A DNA stretch of 64,000 bases. Origin: Candidatus Latescibacterota bacterium (lineage in GTDB: Bacteria; Latescibacterota; UBA2968; UBA8231). The stretch is from assembly GCA_965261395.1 (NCBI GenBank), contig OZ253462.1:480001-544000 (forward strand). The letters run 5' to 3'. Shown in pieces: positions 19,011-29,410 of this stretch; position 1 is the stretch's first letter; every line of letters starts with the position of its first letter. The position numbers and the translations under genes are program-made. Under the pieces are notes generated by a model that was given only the letters and a program-made list of their open reading frames with translations, had not been told where the DNA came from and made no database searches.

Positions 19011-21791
19011 GTGAAAAACGAGGATCGCAGGCTGATCGAGGACTACCTGCCTCTGGATACTCTCAACGCTATAGCATCGAAAGAAAAGCTACATCCGCGT
19101 CACTATGTCTCATTGATTCACTATTGGCCCGCACGCCGCCCAACAACTGCCTGCCGTGCCGCGATCTATGCTGCGCTTGTTCCTGCTCCGAGCACTGATA
19201 AGGAACGCGAGGAAGCCGCATCCTTCGTCACCAAGCTAGCCGCGTTCAAACCAGACTCAAAGGCTATCAAAGAGGCAAGAGACCGTATCCAGAAACATCA
19301 TGGAGGTCTGGCCCCGAAGATTCTCGACATGTTCGCCGGCGGTGGAGCAATTCCGCTCGAAGCTGCACGGCTAGGCTGCGAGAGTCATGCCATAGACTAC
19401 AACCCGGTAGCGCACCTAATTGAGCTTTGCACGTTGGTGTATCCCCAGACGTTTGGACCAAGCCTCGCCGATGATTTCCAACGTTGGAGCCAAGTTGTCC
19501 TTGATCGGATGCGACAGGAACTTCGGGATCTCTACCCATCGGTTCAGATTCAGAAAAATAAAGAGGTGGTTACCCAGACGAATCTGTTCGGCGGCAGCAA
19601 GCCGCAGGTCGCCTGTCGCACTGAACCTGTGGCCTACATCTGGGCTCGTACAGTTCCCTGCCGCCGCCCCGGCTGCGATGCGCCAGTCCCGCTCGTCCGT
19701 CAAGCGTGGCTGCGAAAAAAGGGGGGAGCAATTGCCGCCGTACCGAGGATCGAAAACGGCTGCGATCTGCAATGGGAAGTCGTATCTGGTCGCTCCGTTA
19801 AGGAGGTCAGTACGCAAGAGGGCCAGACCCGCGCTGGACAGGCGGTCTGTGTGGCGTGCAATACACCGGTACCGTCCGACTATGTGAAGGAAATGTCCAA
19901 GGCCGGACACCTCGCCGAATCGCTTGCTGCCGTAGTCGTATATGGCAGACGCTCCAAGCTCTATCTGCCACCAAACGCCATAGTGCCGCCGGACAACAGC
20001 GAGTGCATCCGTCGGCTCACCAAATTGCTCGATAAGACGGGCCTCGCACCACTCGACGAGCAGATGAATACCTCTGATTCCACGACAGTAGCCGGTCGTG
20101 GGTACGGTATTTCACAATGGCACGAGCTATTCACTCCCCGGCAACTCCTCGTGCTTTTCACATTAATCAAGCATATTCGGCTGGCCCATGCCGAAATGCT
20201 CGACGCAGGGATAGCCGAGGACCGTGCCCTCGCTCTGTCAACGTATTTTGCAATGGCGTTTGGGCGCTTAGTCATCATATTCAACAAGTTTTCACGCTGG
20301 GAACCGAAAGACCAGATTACAAGAGGGGCTATAGGTGATCGGCAGGCTCTCAAAATGATCTATGACTTCTCAGACATCAACCCATTCGCGACGACCACAG
20401 GAAGTCTTCCTTTCGCACTGGAACGAGAGGCATACTGTATTCGTGAACTCGCCAAGATCACAAATACAGCAGTCGTAACGCGAGGCAACGCCGAGAAACT
20501 GTTCTACGACGATGAAACCTTCGACGCTGTTGTCACGGACCCGCCGTACTACAGCAGTATCTACTACGCGGACCTCTCGGCATTCTTCTACGTTTGGTTG
20601 AAGCGCATTGTCGGCGACCTCTACCCCGAGCATTTCACGCTGCCGGCACCACCGAAGCGCCGCGAAGCAGTCGCGCAACCGAGCGAGCACGAAGGCAATG
20701 CCCAGATGGCGAACGAGCACTATCAGAACCTGATGCGTCGTTCCTTTGTTGAAGCTCGGCGCGTCTTGAAGCCGGGTGCTCCGCTCGTGTGCGTGTACGC
20801 TCACAAGACGACAGAAGGCTGGGCAACGCTGATCCGAGCGCTGGTCGATGCCGGCCTCACCGTAACCGAGGCTTGGCCTGTGCAAACGGAGTCAAGAGGC
20901 CGAATGAACACACTGGATGCTGCCGCACTTTCCGACAGCATCTTCTTCGTGGCACGGCGGCGAGAAGATGCCGCGACGGGAGAATACGAGACCAATGTGG
21001 AGCCCGATCTCCACCGTATCGCACGCGAACGGGTGGTGACGCTGTGGGATGGGGGTAAAGGCATCGGTGGTGCCGATCTTCTTATGGCTGCTGTTGGTGC
21101 CGGGCTACGTGCGTACACAAGGTTTGCGAAGGTTGAGTATGCCAACGGCGAACCGATGCCGGCCGAGCAGTACCTCCGTGAAGTCGAAGGCGTGGTGCTC
21201 GACGTGATGCTCGAAGAGATTTTCGGCCTACGTGGTGCCGCTGTCGGGGCAGTGGATTCCATAACAGGCTTTTATGTCCTGTGGAGGTTCACCTACCGCG
21301 AATCGAGCATTGAGGCTGGAGATGCCTACGTCTTCTGCTACCCGCAGGGAATAGAGATTGACGGCCCTTTAGGCATCTCTGGCCCGTCTCCTTCATTAGT
21401 CGAGAAATCCGGCAGCAAGTTTCGTGTGCGCAACTACGAACAGCGCGGTGATGACGAGAAGTTAGGTATCGATACTAACGGTCAACCGGCACCGCTTATC
21501 GATGTTCTGCACCGCTTACTTTGGCTCATCGACAATGGGCCAAACGAGATCCAGGCCTTTCTCAAGGCAGCTCGCCCCAACGTGGAACAGCTTCGTCTAA
21601 TCACGCAGGCACTCTGCGCACCAGTTCTCGACCGTCCAGAAGCAAAAGACGCGATACTAACTACGGAGTTGAGTGCACTCTCGAAACTGACCGCGAACTG
21701 GCAAAACATCGTGGAGGAAGCCGCGTTCAGTCAAGAAACCGACCGGATCGTACAAGGGAACCTCGACCTGTTCTCCGGGAGCAACGAATAA
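19011..21791 (+). CDS. DUF1156-family adenine-specific DNA methyltransferase with Zn-ribbon
   Basis: RRLIEDYLP, HYWPARRP, DMFAGGGAIPLEA (motif I), CxxxxC and CxxC, VVTDPPYY (motif IV). Confidence 0.92.
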   Translation: MKNEDRRLIEDYLPLDTLNAIASKEKLHPRHYVSLIHYWPARRPTTACRAAIYAALVPAPSTDKEREEAASFVTKLAAFKPDSKAIKEARDRIQKHHGGLAPKILDMFAGGGAIPLEAARLGCESHAIDYNPVAHLIELCTLVYPQTFGPSLADDFQRWSQVVLDRMRQELRDLYPSVQIQKNKEVVTQTNLFGGSKPQVACRTEPVAYIWARTVPCRRPGCDAPVPLVRQAWLRKKGGAIAAVPRIENGCDLQWEVVSGRSVKEVSTQEGQTRAGQAVCVACNTPVPSDYVKEMSKAGHLAESLAAVVVYGRRSKLYLPPNAIVPPDNSECIRRLTKLLDKTGLAPLDEQMNTSDSTTVAGRGYGISQWHELFTPRQLLVLFTLIKHIRLAHAEMLDAGIAEDRALALSTYFAMAFGRLVIIFNKFSRWEPKDQITRGAIGDRQALKMIYDFSDINPFATTTGSLPFALEREAYCIRELAKITNTAVVTRGNAEKLFYDDETFDAVVTDPPYYSSIYYADLSAFFYVWLKRIVGDLYPEHFTLPAPPKRREAVAQPSEHEGNAQMANEHYQNLMRRSFVEARRVLKPGAPLVCVYAHKTTEGWATLIRALVDAGLTVTEAWPVQTESRGRMNTLDAAALSDSIFFVARRREDAATGEYETNVEPDLHRIARERVVTLWDGGKGIGGADLLMAAVGAGLRAYTRFAKVEYANGEPMPAEQYLREVEGVVLDVMLEEIFGLRGAAVGAVDSITGFYVLWRFTYRESSIEAGDAYVFCYPQGIEIDGPLGISGPSPSLVEKSGSKFRVRNYEQRGDDEKLGIDTNGQPAPLIDVLHRLLWLIDNGPNEIQAFLKAARPNVEQLRLITQALCAPVLDRPEAKDAILTTELSALSKLTANWQNIVEEAAFSQETDRIVQGNLDLFSGSNE

Positions 21792-21792
21792 T

Positions 21793-24696
21793 ATGAATAC
21801 AATGACAGTTCCTCAGTGGCTTGAGTCTGTAGAGCTTCATCCCGATGTCCTCTCAGAGGATTTCTCCGAAGATATATTCGCGCTAGACCTCGGTCCATTG
21901 TCCGACTACCTGATCGGGAGAGACCTTGGGTTGCCGGATTCGGAGTTGCCCCGTGTCCCCGCTGTTTACCGAGACCCGGACAGTTTCTTCCGAGCATCCT
22001 TTCTCACCAGCGGCCTGAAGTCCTTGCTGGACGATGTACTTGGGCGTTTGTCGGGATCTCAGGGCAATCGAGTGCTCAAGCTGGTGACTCCCTTTGGCGG
22101 CGGCAAGTCGCATACCTTGGCTGCTTTGCTCCACGGTGCCCGATCGCGGGCGGCACTAGACGCTCTGCCAGAAGCGACCGAGCTACCCCGCCCCGATGGA
22201 GTGCGTGTTGCTGCTGTTGATGGCCAGTTCTTCGACGCGACAACCGGCAAGCATGTACCAAAGGAGGACTTTGCCGCTAAGACCATTTGGGGCTGGATCG
22301 CGTGGGCGCTCGGCGGACGAGAAGGTTACAATATTATTCGAGGGCAGGATGAGGCCCGCGTCGCCCCCGGCGGTGACGAAATTATCAAGCTGCTCAAGCT
22401 AGGCCCAAGCCTGATCCTCCTGGATGAACTGTTGGAGTACCTCATCAGTGCAGGCGGAGTACGTGTAGAGCAGACTACCCTCCGCGACGAGACTCTCTCT
22501 TTTCTAAAGCGGTTGACCGTCGCGGTTGGCAACATCGAAGACGCTGCCTTGGTGTTCTCATTGCAGTCGAGCAAACGAGAGTCGCTCGATTATACAAATC
22601 TACTCCAGACCGTGGACCATCTTGCAGCGCGCGTGGATCAGCGACGCGAGCCGGTTGAAGGGAATGAGATTCTCAACGTAATCCAGCGCAGGTTACTGGC
22701 TAAGAGGCCGGATCAAGACGCCGCCACACGTGCGGCGGAAGCCCATAGCGATGTGTTTACTCAGATGTGGCGCGCTTATGCACCAAGTGACTCCGAGCGG
22801 CAACAGGCCGAGGAGGAGGGCCTAGTACTCCGAGACCGCATCAAATCGTCCTATCCATTTCATCCCGATCTCATCGACATCATGCGGGAACGCTGGGCGG
22901 CGATTCCTGAATTTCAGCGAACCCGTGGTGCCTTGAGATTCCTAGCCTCCTGCCTCCGTTCCGCCCATGGCACCGGACACTCCCGGATGCTGCTGGGGCC
23001 GGGAGACGTTCCCATCCAAGACTCAGAAGTGCGCCTCTCTTTCTTCAAGGAAGTCGGGCAGCGGGAGGACTTCCAGCCTTGCCTAGAGCATGACTTTACT
23101 GGCGCGAATGCCCGGACGCGCCGGATTGATAAACGTCGGGCACAGGAGGTGACCTCCGAGGCCGGGAAGCGTCCCGCAACTCGTCTGGCGACGACCATGT
23201 TGATGTACTCCTTTGGGGGACTGCGCCGGTCCGGCGGTGGAGACGGCGACCTCCTTCCACCCGGCATAAGGGAAGCGGATTTACTGAGGACATGTGTCGG
23301 CCCCGATCTCGATAGCACGACCATTCAAGCGTGCCTTAAAGAGCTCAAGGAGAACTGCCTCTACCTTCATTTTGACGGCACGCAGTACTGCTTCAAGAAA
23401 GACCCCAACGTCACCCTACTCGTCGAACAGGAGGTTGACGCTGTCACTAGAGACGAGAGCCGCGTCCAGACCAAGATCAGGGAGCTTATCGAGGAACGAC
23501 TGGCAGGCCAACAGTCGGCCATAGTATGGCCGGCGAAATCCGCAGATGTTCCGGACAAGGAGATGCAGTTCCTGATCACCTACATGCCGCTTGAGTTGGC
23601 CGCACAGCCCGAAGCGGAGCAGCGCAATACCGCCCGCGAGATTTGCGAAAACTACGGCAACCGCACACGTGCCTTTCGGAACGCTCTCGGACTCGCTGTG
23701 CCGGCTGCTGACCAAGTCGAGGTGCTGCGACGGGCCGTACGTTATCTCCTAGCGATTGAGCGGGTCCAGGCCAAGTGGCGCGAGCTTAACCTTACGGATG
23801 TTCAGAAGGATCAGCTTAAGGAACGCAACGCCACCGAGAAGGCGGCGACCGAGTCGGCCTTGCTGAGGCTCTACAGCGAAGTGTGGTTGCCAAGATCAGA
23901 CAACGGCTCACTTTCCTTAGAGTCAATCAGCGTCGGAGGCCGTCCCCTCCAGGCCACGTTAGACGGGAAAAAGCGCGCTCAAATCCATCAACGGCTGATG
24001 GAACTGCTGGAAACTGTGCAGCGGAAAGTGTTCGGATCAGTCGCGCCGGGAAAGATCATCCAGTTGTTCAAGCTGGACGAGGACGACTCCGTCGAACCGG
24101 GTATTGCAACCGACAGGGTCGTAGCTGGATTCTTCTCGTTCCTCGGTTTTCCAAGGCTGCCCTCGAATGAGGTAGTACGCAAAGCAATCGCGCGCGGCGT
24201 ACAGACCGGCCTGTTTGGATACACAACAGGACGACCCAACCTCGGGGACGATGGGCGTTACCAAATCGACCACAGCCGAATAGCCTTTGAGAGAAATGTC
24301 GCCGACGACGAGATCGACCTAGATTCGGGCTTCCTTATTTTACCCAGAGCGATCCCAGAGAAGCCGGTCGAGCCAAGTAGCGAAACTGGCGGAGGAGATC
24401 AGACGGCCTACGAGACGGAACCCACAGGCGGAGCAAGTGAATCCCAAGAAACTACCGATCCTGCCGATGAGCCGTCTAGTGCCGAGGATGAACGTGAAGT
24501 CGCTTTATCGTTCACGGCCGACAGCCAAGCTCTATTCCACGCCTGGAACGCCCTCGCCAATCTCGCAGACTTGTCGGGGGAGGTCTCCATCATTGCTAGG
24601 GCGAAACCAAAAAGCGGGTTCGACAAGAACACGCTGGAGTACGGCGTCTTGGAACCGCTACGAGAACTCGGACTGATCGATGATGGTCAGGACTGA
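21793..24696 (+). CDS. DUF499-family AAA+ ATPase
   Basis: LHPDV...FALDL, LVTPFGGGKSHTL (Walker A), LILLDE (Walker B), YPFHP, FQRTRGALR. Confidence 0.92.
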   Translation: MNTMTVPQWLESVELHPDVLSEDFSEDIFALDLGPLSDYLIGRDLGLPDSELPRVPAVYRDPDSFFRASFLTSGLKSLLDDVLGRLSGSQGNRVLKLVTPFGGGKSHTLAALLHGARSRAALDALPEATELPRPDGVRVAAVDGQFFDATTGKHVPKEDFAAKTIWGWIAWALGGREGYNIIRGQDEARVAPGGDEIIKLLKLGPSLILLDELLEYLISAGGVRVEQTTLRDETLSFLKRLTVAVGNIEDAALVFSLQSSKRESLDYTNLLQTVDHLAARVDQRREPVEGNEILNVIQRRLLAKRPDQDAATRAAEAHSDVFTQMWRAYAPSDSERQQAEEEGLVLRDRIKSSYPFHPDLIDIMRERWAAIPEFQRTRGALRFLASCLRSAHGTGHSRMLLGPGDVPIQDSEVRLSFFKEVGQREDFQPCLEHDFTGANARTRRIDKRRAQEVTSEAGKRPATRLATTMLMYSFGGLRRSGGGDGDLLPPGIREADLLRTCVGPDLDSTTIQACLKELKENCLYLHFDGTQYCFKKDPNVTLLVEQEVDAVTRDESRVQTKIRELIEERLAGQQSAIVWPAKSADVPDKEMQFLITYMPLELAAQPEAEQRNTAREICENYGNRTRAFRNALGLAVPAADQVEVLRRAVRYLLAIERVQAKWRELNLTDVQKDQLKERNATEKAATESALLRLYSEVWLPRSDNGSLSLESISVGGRPLQATLDGKKRAQIHQRLMELLETVQRKVFGSVAPGKIIQLFKLDEDDSVEPGIATDRVVAGFFSFLGFPRLPSNEVVRKAIARGVQTGLFGYTTGRPNLGDDGRYQIDHSRIAFERNVADDEIDLDSGFLILPRAIPEKPVEPSSETGGGDQTAYETEPTGGASESQETTDPADEPSSAEDEREVALSFTADSQALFHAWNALANLADLSGEVSIIARAKPKSGFDKNTLEYGVLEPLRELGLIDDGQD

Positions 24697-24735
24697 TATA
24701 TACCAAACGTGCATTGTGCAAAACGCACTTGTGAT

Positions 24736-25845
24736 TTATCCGTCCGGCGTGACCGTCTTCCGGCGCAAGGTCTGCGCCGCCAGCAGCTCGACGTCTGGCG
24801 TCGGCAGATCGCCGACCGAGGGCTTGAAGACGCAGCCCTCGGCGAGCTCCAGGGGCGGTTGCGACAGGTCGCGGCGGTAGAAGCGGGAGGAGGGGAACAG
24901 GTCGCCTGGGTAGGTGAAGTTCTCCAGCGTCGCCAGCTCCACGCAGATCGATCCCCCGAGGGCGCTTTCGAGCATGCCCCCGACCCACACCGGCACACCG
25001 GCGTCCCTGGCCATGTCATGCACGGCGAGGGCATTGGTCAAGCCACCGATCCTTCCCGGCTTGATGTTGATGTAGCGACAGGCGCCGATGCGAAGCGCCT
25101 GCTCGGCGGTGCGCGGATCGACGATGCTCTCGTCGAGACAGATGGGCGTACCGATCTGTCTGGCGAGCTCGGCGTGATCGAGCAGGTCGTTGTACGCAAG
25201 AGGCTGCTCGATGAAGGCGAGCCCCATGCCGTCGATGGCCTTGAAAAACGGCAGGTCGTCGAGGGTGTACCCGGAGTTGCAGTCGATGTGGAAGGTGGTG
25301 TCGGAGAAGGTGCTGGTGACGATTTGCAGCATTTCCAGATCCCAGCCCGGGGCCGCTTTCAGCTTGATGCGCGGGAATCCGGCGTCGACGGCCTTCTCGA
25401 TGTTCCCGAGGAGCATGTCGTAGGAGTCCTGGATGCCGAAGTCAGCGCCGGCCGCCACGTCGCGGGTCCGGCCGCCGAGAAGCCGGTGCAGGGGGGTCCC
25501 GGTGATGCGGCTCTGCAGCGTCCACCAGCCGATCTCCACGGCCGCCTTGGCGAAGCTGTTGCCCTTGAAAATCGCCAGCCGCTGGTCGAGCTCGGCGGCC
25601 GTGTCGTACTCGCGCCCCACGACCCAAGGCCCCATCACCTCGGAGACGTGGTAGAACGCGGACCCGGCGCTCTCGCTGAGATAGGTGGGCGCGAAGAAGG
25701 GGGTGCTCTCCGACCAGGCTTCGTGCTCGCCACTGGTCAGCTTGACGAGCACCGAGTGGATGTCGGCGTCTTCCCCATACGCCGTGCGCCAGGGATAGAT
25801 GAGCGGCATCACCACGTAGTACACGTCGAGTCTGTCGATGCGCAT
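24736..25845 (-). CDS. o-succinylbenzoate synthase / N-acylamino acid racemase (enolase superfamily)
   Basis: RIKLK, IDCNSGY, FIEQPL, CLDESI, NIKPGRIGG, WVGGMLE, PGDL. Confidence 0.88.
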   Translation of the reverse strand: MRIDRLDVYYVVMPLIYPWRTAYGEDADIHSVLVKLTSGEHEAWSESTPFFAPTYLSESAGSAFYHVSEVMGPWVVGREYDTAAELDQRLAIFKGNSFAKAAVEIGWWTLQSRITGTPLHRLLGGRTRDVAAGADFGIQDSYDMLLGNIEKAVDAGFPRIKLKAAPGWDLEMLQIVTSTFSDTTFHIDCNSGYTLDDLPFFKAIDGMGLAFIEQPLAYNDLLDHAELARQIGTPICLDESIVDPRTAEQALRIGACRYINIKPGRIGGLTNALAVHDMARDAGVPVWVGGMLESALGGSICVELATLENFTYPGDLFPSSRFYRRDLSQPPLELAEGCVFKPSVGDLPTPDVELLAAQTLRRKTVTPDG

Positions 25846-26985
25846 CTATCGCTTCGCCTCTCCGGCCAGCGTCGTCACCGCTTCGACCAGCGTGTCCAGC
25901 TCCGCGTCGCTGGTGTAGAAGGCCACCGAGATCCGCACGCCGGTCGGATCGGTCAAGTACGTGCCCCGTTGGATGATCTGCCAGCGCTGCCTGAGGGCAG
26001 TGGAGACCTCGCCGCCCTCCATCCCTGCGATGGCGAATGTGACGATGCCGCTCCGGGTCTCGGGGCGGCGTGAACTGACGACCTGCACACCGGGAATGGC
26101 GTCGAGACGCGCCCACAACCCCTCCGCCTTGCGGCGGGCCTCCGCCGCGATGGCCCGAGGCCCGCCGATGCGGGTCATGAAGTCGAGGCTGGCGCCAACT
26201 CCCGAGTAGAGCACGCTCGCCGGAGTCCCCATCTCGTACTGTCGCGCTGAGGCGGAGGGATCGTGCGGACGCCGCAACGGCTTGAGAGCCTGCTGCGCAT
26301 CTCCGCGGACGTAGAGGAACCCAGTGCCGATCGGCGCCAGCAGCCACTTGTAGCAGTTGGTAGCGTAGAAGTCGCAGCCCATGCCATGGAGGTCCACCGG
26401 CAGCTGACCCACCGCCTGACAGCCGTCCCACAGCGTGAGGATTCCGCGGGCCCGAGATAGGGCGCAGATCTCCTCAGCCGGCAGCAGGGTGCCCGAGTCG
26501 GTGGTGACGTGACTGAAGCAGATCAGCCGGGTGCGTGGCGTGATGGCCTGTTCCACCCGTTCCAGGATCACGTCCTTGTCATGGTCCAGCTCGACCTCCT
26601 TGACGACGGCCCCCTCCCGGTCGGCCAGCCCTTGAACGGACTGAAGCGGTACCGGATGCTCCTCGCTGGTGATCAACACCTCGTCACCCGGTTCCCAGCG
26701 CAGCCCCCCCAACACCATGCCAAAGCCGTCGCCGGTGCTCATGGTCAAGGCGATCTCTGTCGCGTCGGCCCCGAAGAAGTCGGCGATCTTCGCAGGGATC
26801 TCGGAGGCGGCCTTGCCCATCGCTTCATACCAGTCGATGGGACTCAGTCTGCCATCGGCCATCGGCCGGTAGCCAGCGGTGATCGCCTGACTCACGCTGG
26901 CGGGCGCCTGGCCGACCCCGCCGGTATTGAGATAGACGCCGAACCGCAGACCCGGGATCTGATCTCGAATCTCAGCGACATCCAT
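25846..26985 (-). CDS. Class V aminotransferase (cysteine desulfurase / isopenicillin-N-epimerase-like)
   Basis: YLNTGG, EHP, FSHVT, DGCQAVG, NCYKWLLAP; start ATG 26985 with GGAGG RBS. Confidence 0.88.
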   Translation of the reverse strand: MDVAEIRDQIPGLRFGVYLNTGGVGQAPASVSQAITAGYRPMADGRLSPIDWYEAMGKAASEIPAKIADFFGADATEIALTMSTGDGFGMVLGGLRWEPGDEVLITSEEHPVPLQSVQGLADREGAVVKEVELDHDKDVILERVEQAITPRTRLICFSHVTTDSGTLLPAEEICALSRARGILTLWDGCQAVGQLPVDLHGMGCDFYATNCYKWLLAPIGTGFLYVRGDAQQALKPLRRPHDPSASARQYEMGTPASVLYSGVGASLDFMTRIGGPRAIAAEARRKAEGLWARLDAIPGVQVVSSRRPETRSGIVTFAIAGMEGGEVSTALRQRWQIIQRGTYLTDPTGVRISVAFYTSDAELDTLVEAVTTLAGEAKR

Positions 26986-27010
26986 TCGCCTGTTCCTCCC
27001 CCTGTGCTGA

Positions 27011-28273
27011 CTATTGAACGCGCACCCCGGCCTGGAAAACCGCCCTGACGTCGCTGAAGGCGGCCACGTCTGCCGTCGGATCGCCCCCAAAGGCGGCAAG
27101 GTCCGCAGATTTGCCGACCTCGATGGTCCCCACCTCATCGGCAATACCGGCCGCCTCGGCCGAGACCCGGGTCGCCGCGACGAGGGCTTCGGCCGGGGTG
27201 AAGCCGCATTCGACCAGCAGTTGAAGGTCGTAGTCTAAGTGGCCGAATTCGAGGCAGCCCACTCCTGAGTCCGTGCCGGGCACCACGCGCTCCTTCAGGC
27301 AGTAGTCGAGCATCTTCCGCATCACGTCCAGCCGCTTCTCCGCTCGTTGTTCGAGATGGGTGAGCGCTGCCTCCTCTGCGGCGCCCATAGCTCCCTCGTC
27401 GCGCAGCTTGCGCAGGCGCACCATCTCCGGGTAGTTGGTCCACGCCTGCAGCGTGGGGCTCAGCCAGATGCCGGATTTGGCCAACATCTCGGCTACTTTC
27501 GGGTCGAAGCGCATCTCGTGGTCCGGTTCGAGAAACTCGACGTGCTCGATCAGGTCGATGCCGGCCTCGACGGCCCGCACCATCGACTGCTTGGCGCGGC
27601 AATGGGCGACAGTGAGGCGGTGAAACTGGCGCGCCTCGCCCACCAGGGCCTGCAGTTCTTCAGTCGAATAGGAGGCCAACCCCGGAATCGTGCCGGTCGT
27701 CCCTCCACCGGAGGCCATTACCTTGATGTAGTCGGCCCCCTCGTGCACGAGCCGGCGCACTGAGCGGCGGATCTCTTCCACTCCGTCGGCGACCTCGTTG
27801 CACATGTGGAAGTGGCCACCCGTGCAGGTGATCGGGCGACCGCTGACGAGCATCCGCGGCCCGGAGATGTAGCCGCGTTGCAGACCTTCCTTGAGGATGA
27901 ACCCAACCCTGTTGCGGGCGCCGTGCTCGCGCAGGGTGGTGATGCCGGCGCACAGGTGCTTGCGCATGTTCATGGCCCCGATGAGCACCATGGTCTCATC
28001 GCTCTCCCGGAATGTCAGATCGTAGCGAAGGCCGTCTCCCGGGAGGCTGAGGTGGGTGTGGCCATCGATGAGACCGGGTGTCAGGCAGCAGCCGTTCAAA
28101 TCGACGGTCGGGGTATCGGGAGGCGTCTGCTGCTCCACCTGTGCCAATGGTCCGATCGCGGCGATCGCGCCATCTCGTACGAATACCGCCTGCCCGGCCT
28201 TGGCGCTGCCGCCGAGGCCGTCGGCGAGCAGTACCGGGCGAATCAGTACCGTCTGTAAATTCGATTCAGACAT
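27011..28273 (-). CDS. Metal-dependent amidohydrolase (Xaa-Pro dipeptidase-like)
   Basis: TPGLIDGHTHL, TGGH, GADYIKVMASGG, IEH, GTDSG, GTIEVGKSADL. Confidence 0.9.
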   Translation of the reverse strand: MSESNLQTVLIRPVLLADGLGGSAKAGQAVFVRDGAIAAIGPLAQVEQQTPPDTPTVDLNGCCLTPGLIDGHTHLSLPGDGLRYDLTFRESDETMVLIGAMNMRKHLCAGITTLREHGARNRVGFILKEGLQRGYISGPRMLVSGRPITCTGGHFHMCNEVADGVEEIRRSVRRLVHEGADYIKVMASGGGTTGTIPGLASYSTEELQALVGEARQFHRLTVAHCRAKQSMVRAVEAGIDLIEHVEFLEPDHEMRFDPKVAEMLAKSGIWLSPTLQAWTNYPEMVRLRKLRDEGAMGAAEEAALTHLEQRAEKRLDVMRKMLDYCLKERVVPGTDSGVGCLEFGHLDYDLQLLVECGFTPAEALVAATRVSAEAAGIADEVGTIEVGKSADLAAFGGDPTADVAAFSDVRAVFQAGVRVQ

Positions 28274-28453
28274 AGTTTGTCTCCGTTGTCGCGCTCAATA
28301 TAGAAGCCCTTGCAGAAGCCGCTCTGCGGGAGAGGTGATCCCGATTGTGCATCGGTCAAATTCGTCTCATATTCTTCGCGGGGCCTACTCAATATAGAGC
28401 CTTTCAGGCTTGGTGGTAAACCTATAGGCCCGTCCTGCACTGGAGAACCTGCC

Positions 28454-29281
28454 ATGCTTTTCACCGACGCCCAGATCGAACACTACAAAACCGAGGGCTA
28501 TCTGTCCGGCCCGCGCGTTTTATCCGCTGAGCAGATCAGCGCGCTCAAAGAACGCATCGACGACATTCTCCACGGCCGCATTCCTTTCCCCAAACACCTG
28601 ATGGGCGAAACCGTCGAACAGTCCCGCGCCAAGGGCCAACTGCCCTCGGTCAAAGTGGTCAACATCTTTCGCCGCGAGTCCGTCTTTGCCGCCCTCATCG
28701 ACAACCCGACCATCAGCACCCTAGCGCACCAGCTCATGTCCGGCCCAGTGCGCATGTGGGAAGACCAAATGATCTACAAGCCGGCCTACGACGCGGAAAC
28801 CGCCTTGGCTTGGCATCAAGACTACACTTTTTGGGATCACGTTGGACCAGCCGACATGGGCACCTGCTGGATCGCCCTCGACGACGCCACGGTCGATAAC
28901 GGCTGTATGCACGTCATCCCGGGCAGCCACCTATGGCCGATGCGCTATGACCGCGAAGACGCCGTGGTTGAAGACCCGCACTGGCTGCTGCAACAAGAGG
29001 GGATTCCCGCCGGAGCTGACCTGACACCCGTGCCCTGCGAGGTCAAAGCCGGGCACTGCCACTTCCACCACTGCCGCACCTTCCACGGCTCGTACGGCAA
29101 CAAAACCGACAACCCACGGCGCAGCTATATCATGCACCTCATGCCCGGCCACACCCGTCGCTTAGGCGACAATTGGAACGAACGCATGGGCAATGTCGAA
29201 ACCGTGGACGTGGGCGAAATTGTCGAGGGGCCGGACTACCCAGAGCTGGTCAAGGTGCCGACTCCTCCCAACCGAATGTAA
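28454..29281 (+). CDS. Phytanoyl-CoA dioxygenase (PhyH) family Fe(II)/2OG enzyme; island insertion target
   Basis: AWHQDY, WIALDDATVDNGCMHVIPGSH, TFHGS. Confidence 0.9.
   Translation: MLFTDAQIEHYKTEGYLSGPRVLSAEQISALKERIDDILHGRIPFPKHLMGETVEQSRAKGQLPSVKVVNIFRRESVFAALIDNPTISTLAHQLMSGPVRMWEDQMIYKPAYDAETALAWHQDYTFWDHVGPADMGTCWIALDDATVDNGCMHVIPGSHLWPMRYDREDAVVEDPHWLLQQEGIPAGADLTPVPCEVKAGHCHFHHCRTFHGSYGNKTDNPRRSYIMHLMPGHTRRLGDNWNERMGNVETVDVGEIVEGPDYPELVKVPTPPNRM
29057..29248 (+). repeat. 192-bp direct repeat, left copy (phyH 3' end)
   Basis: Aligns ungapped with 33017-33208 (offset 3960) with 5 mismatches at 29104, 29150, 29162, 29182 and 29208. Confidence 0.97.
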
Positions 29282-29410
29282 CCTCGATTGACAGACCAAT
29301 AAAAAATGACTTATTACTGACGATGTGCACCAAGCTACTACGAGCGCATAGGCATTTCTTGGGTGAATCGGTTAGTTTAGGTCATCTTACTCCGAGCAGG
29401 AATATTGCAA

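Noticed and set aside
17921-19020. TGAAAAACG shared by the leader ORF start and the methylase start as a DUF932 insertion scar
   Set aside because: Short, A-rich match that is typical of gene starts; too weak to support.
24709-26073. 454-aa plus-strand ORF and similar long shadow ORFs (e.g. 1164..1976, 14314..15327, 25442..26431)
   Set aside because: Antisense or alternate-frame shadows of well-supported genes in GC-rich DNA, with no motifs of their own.
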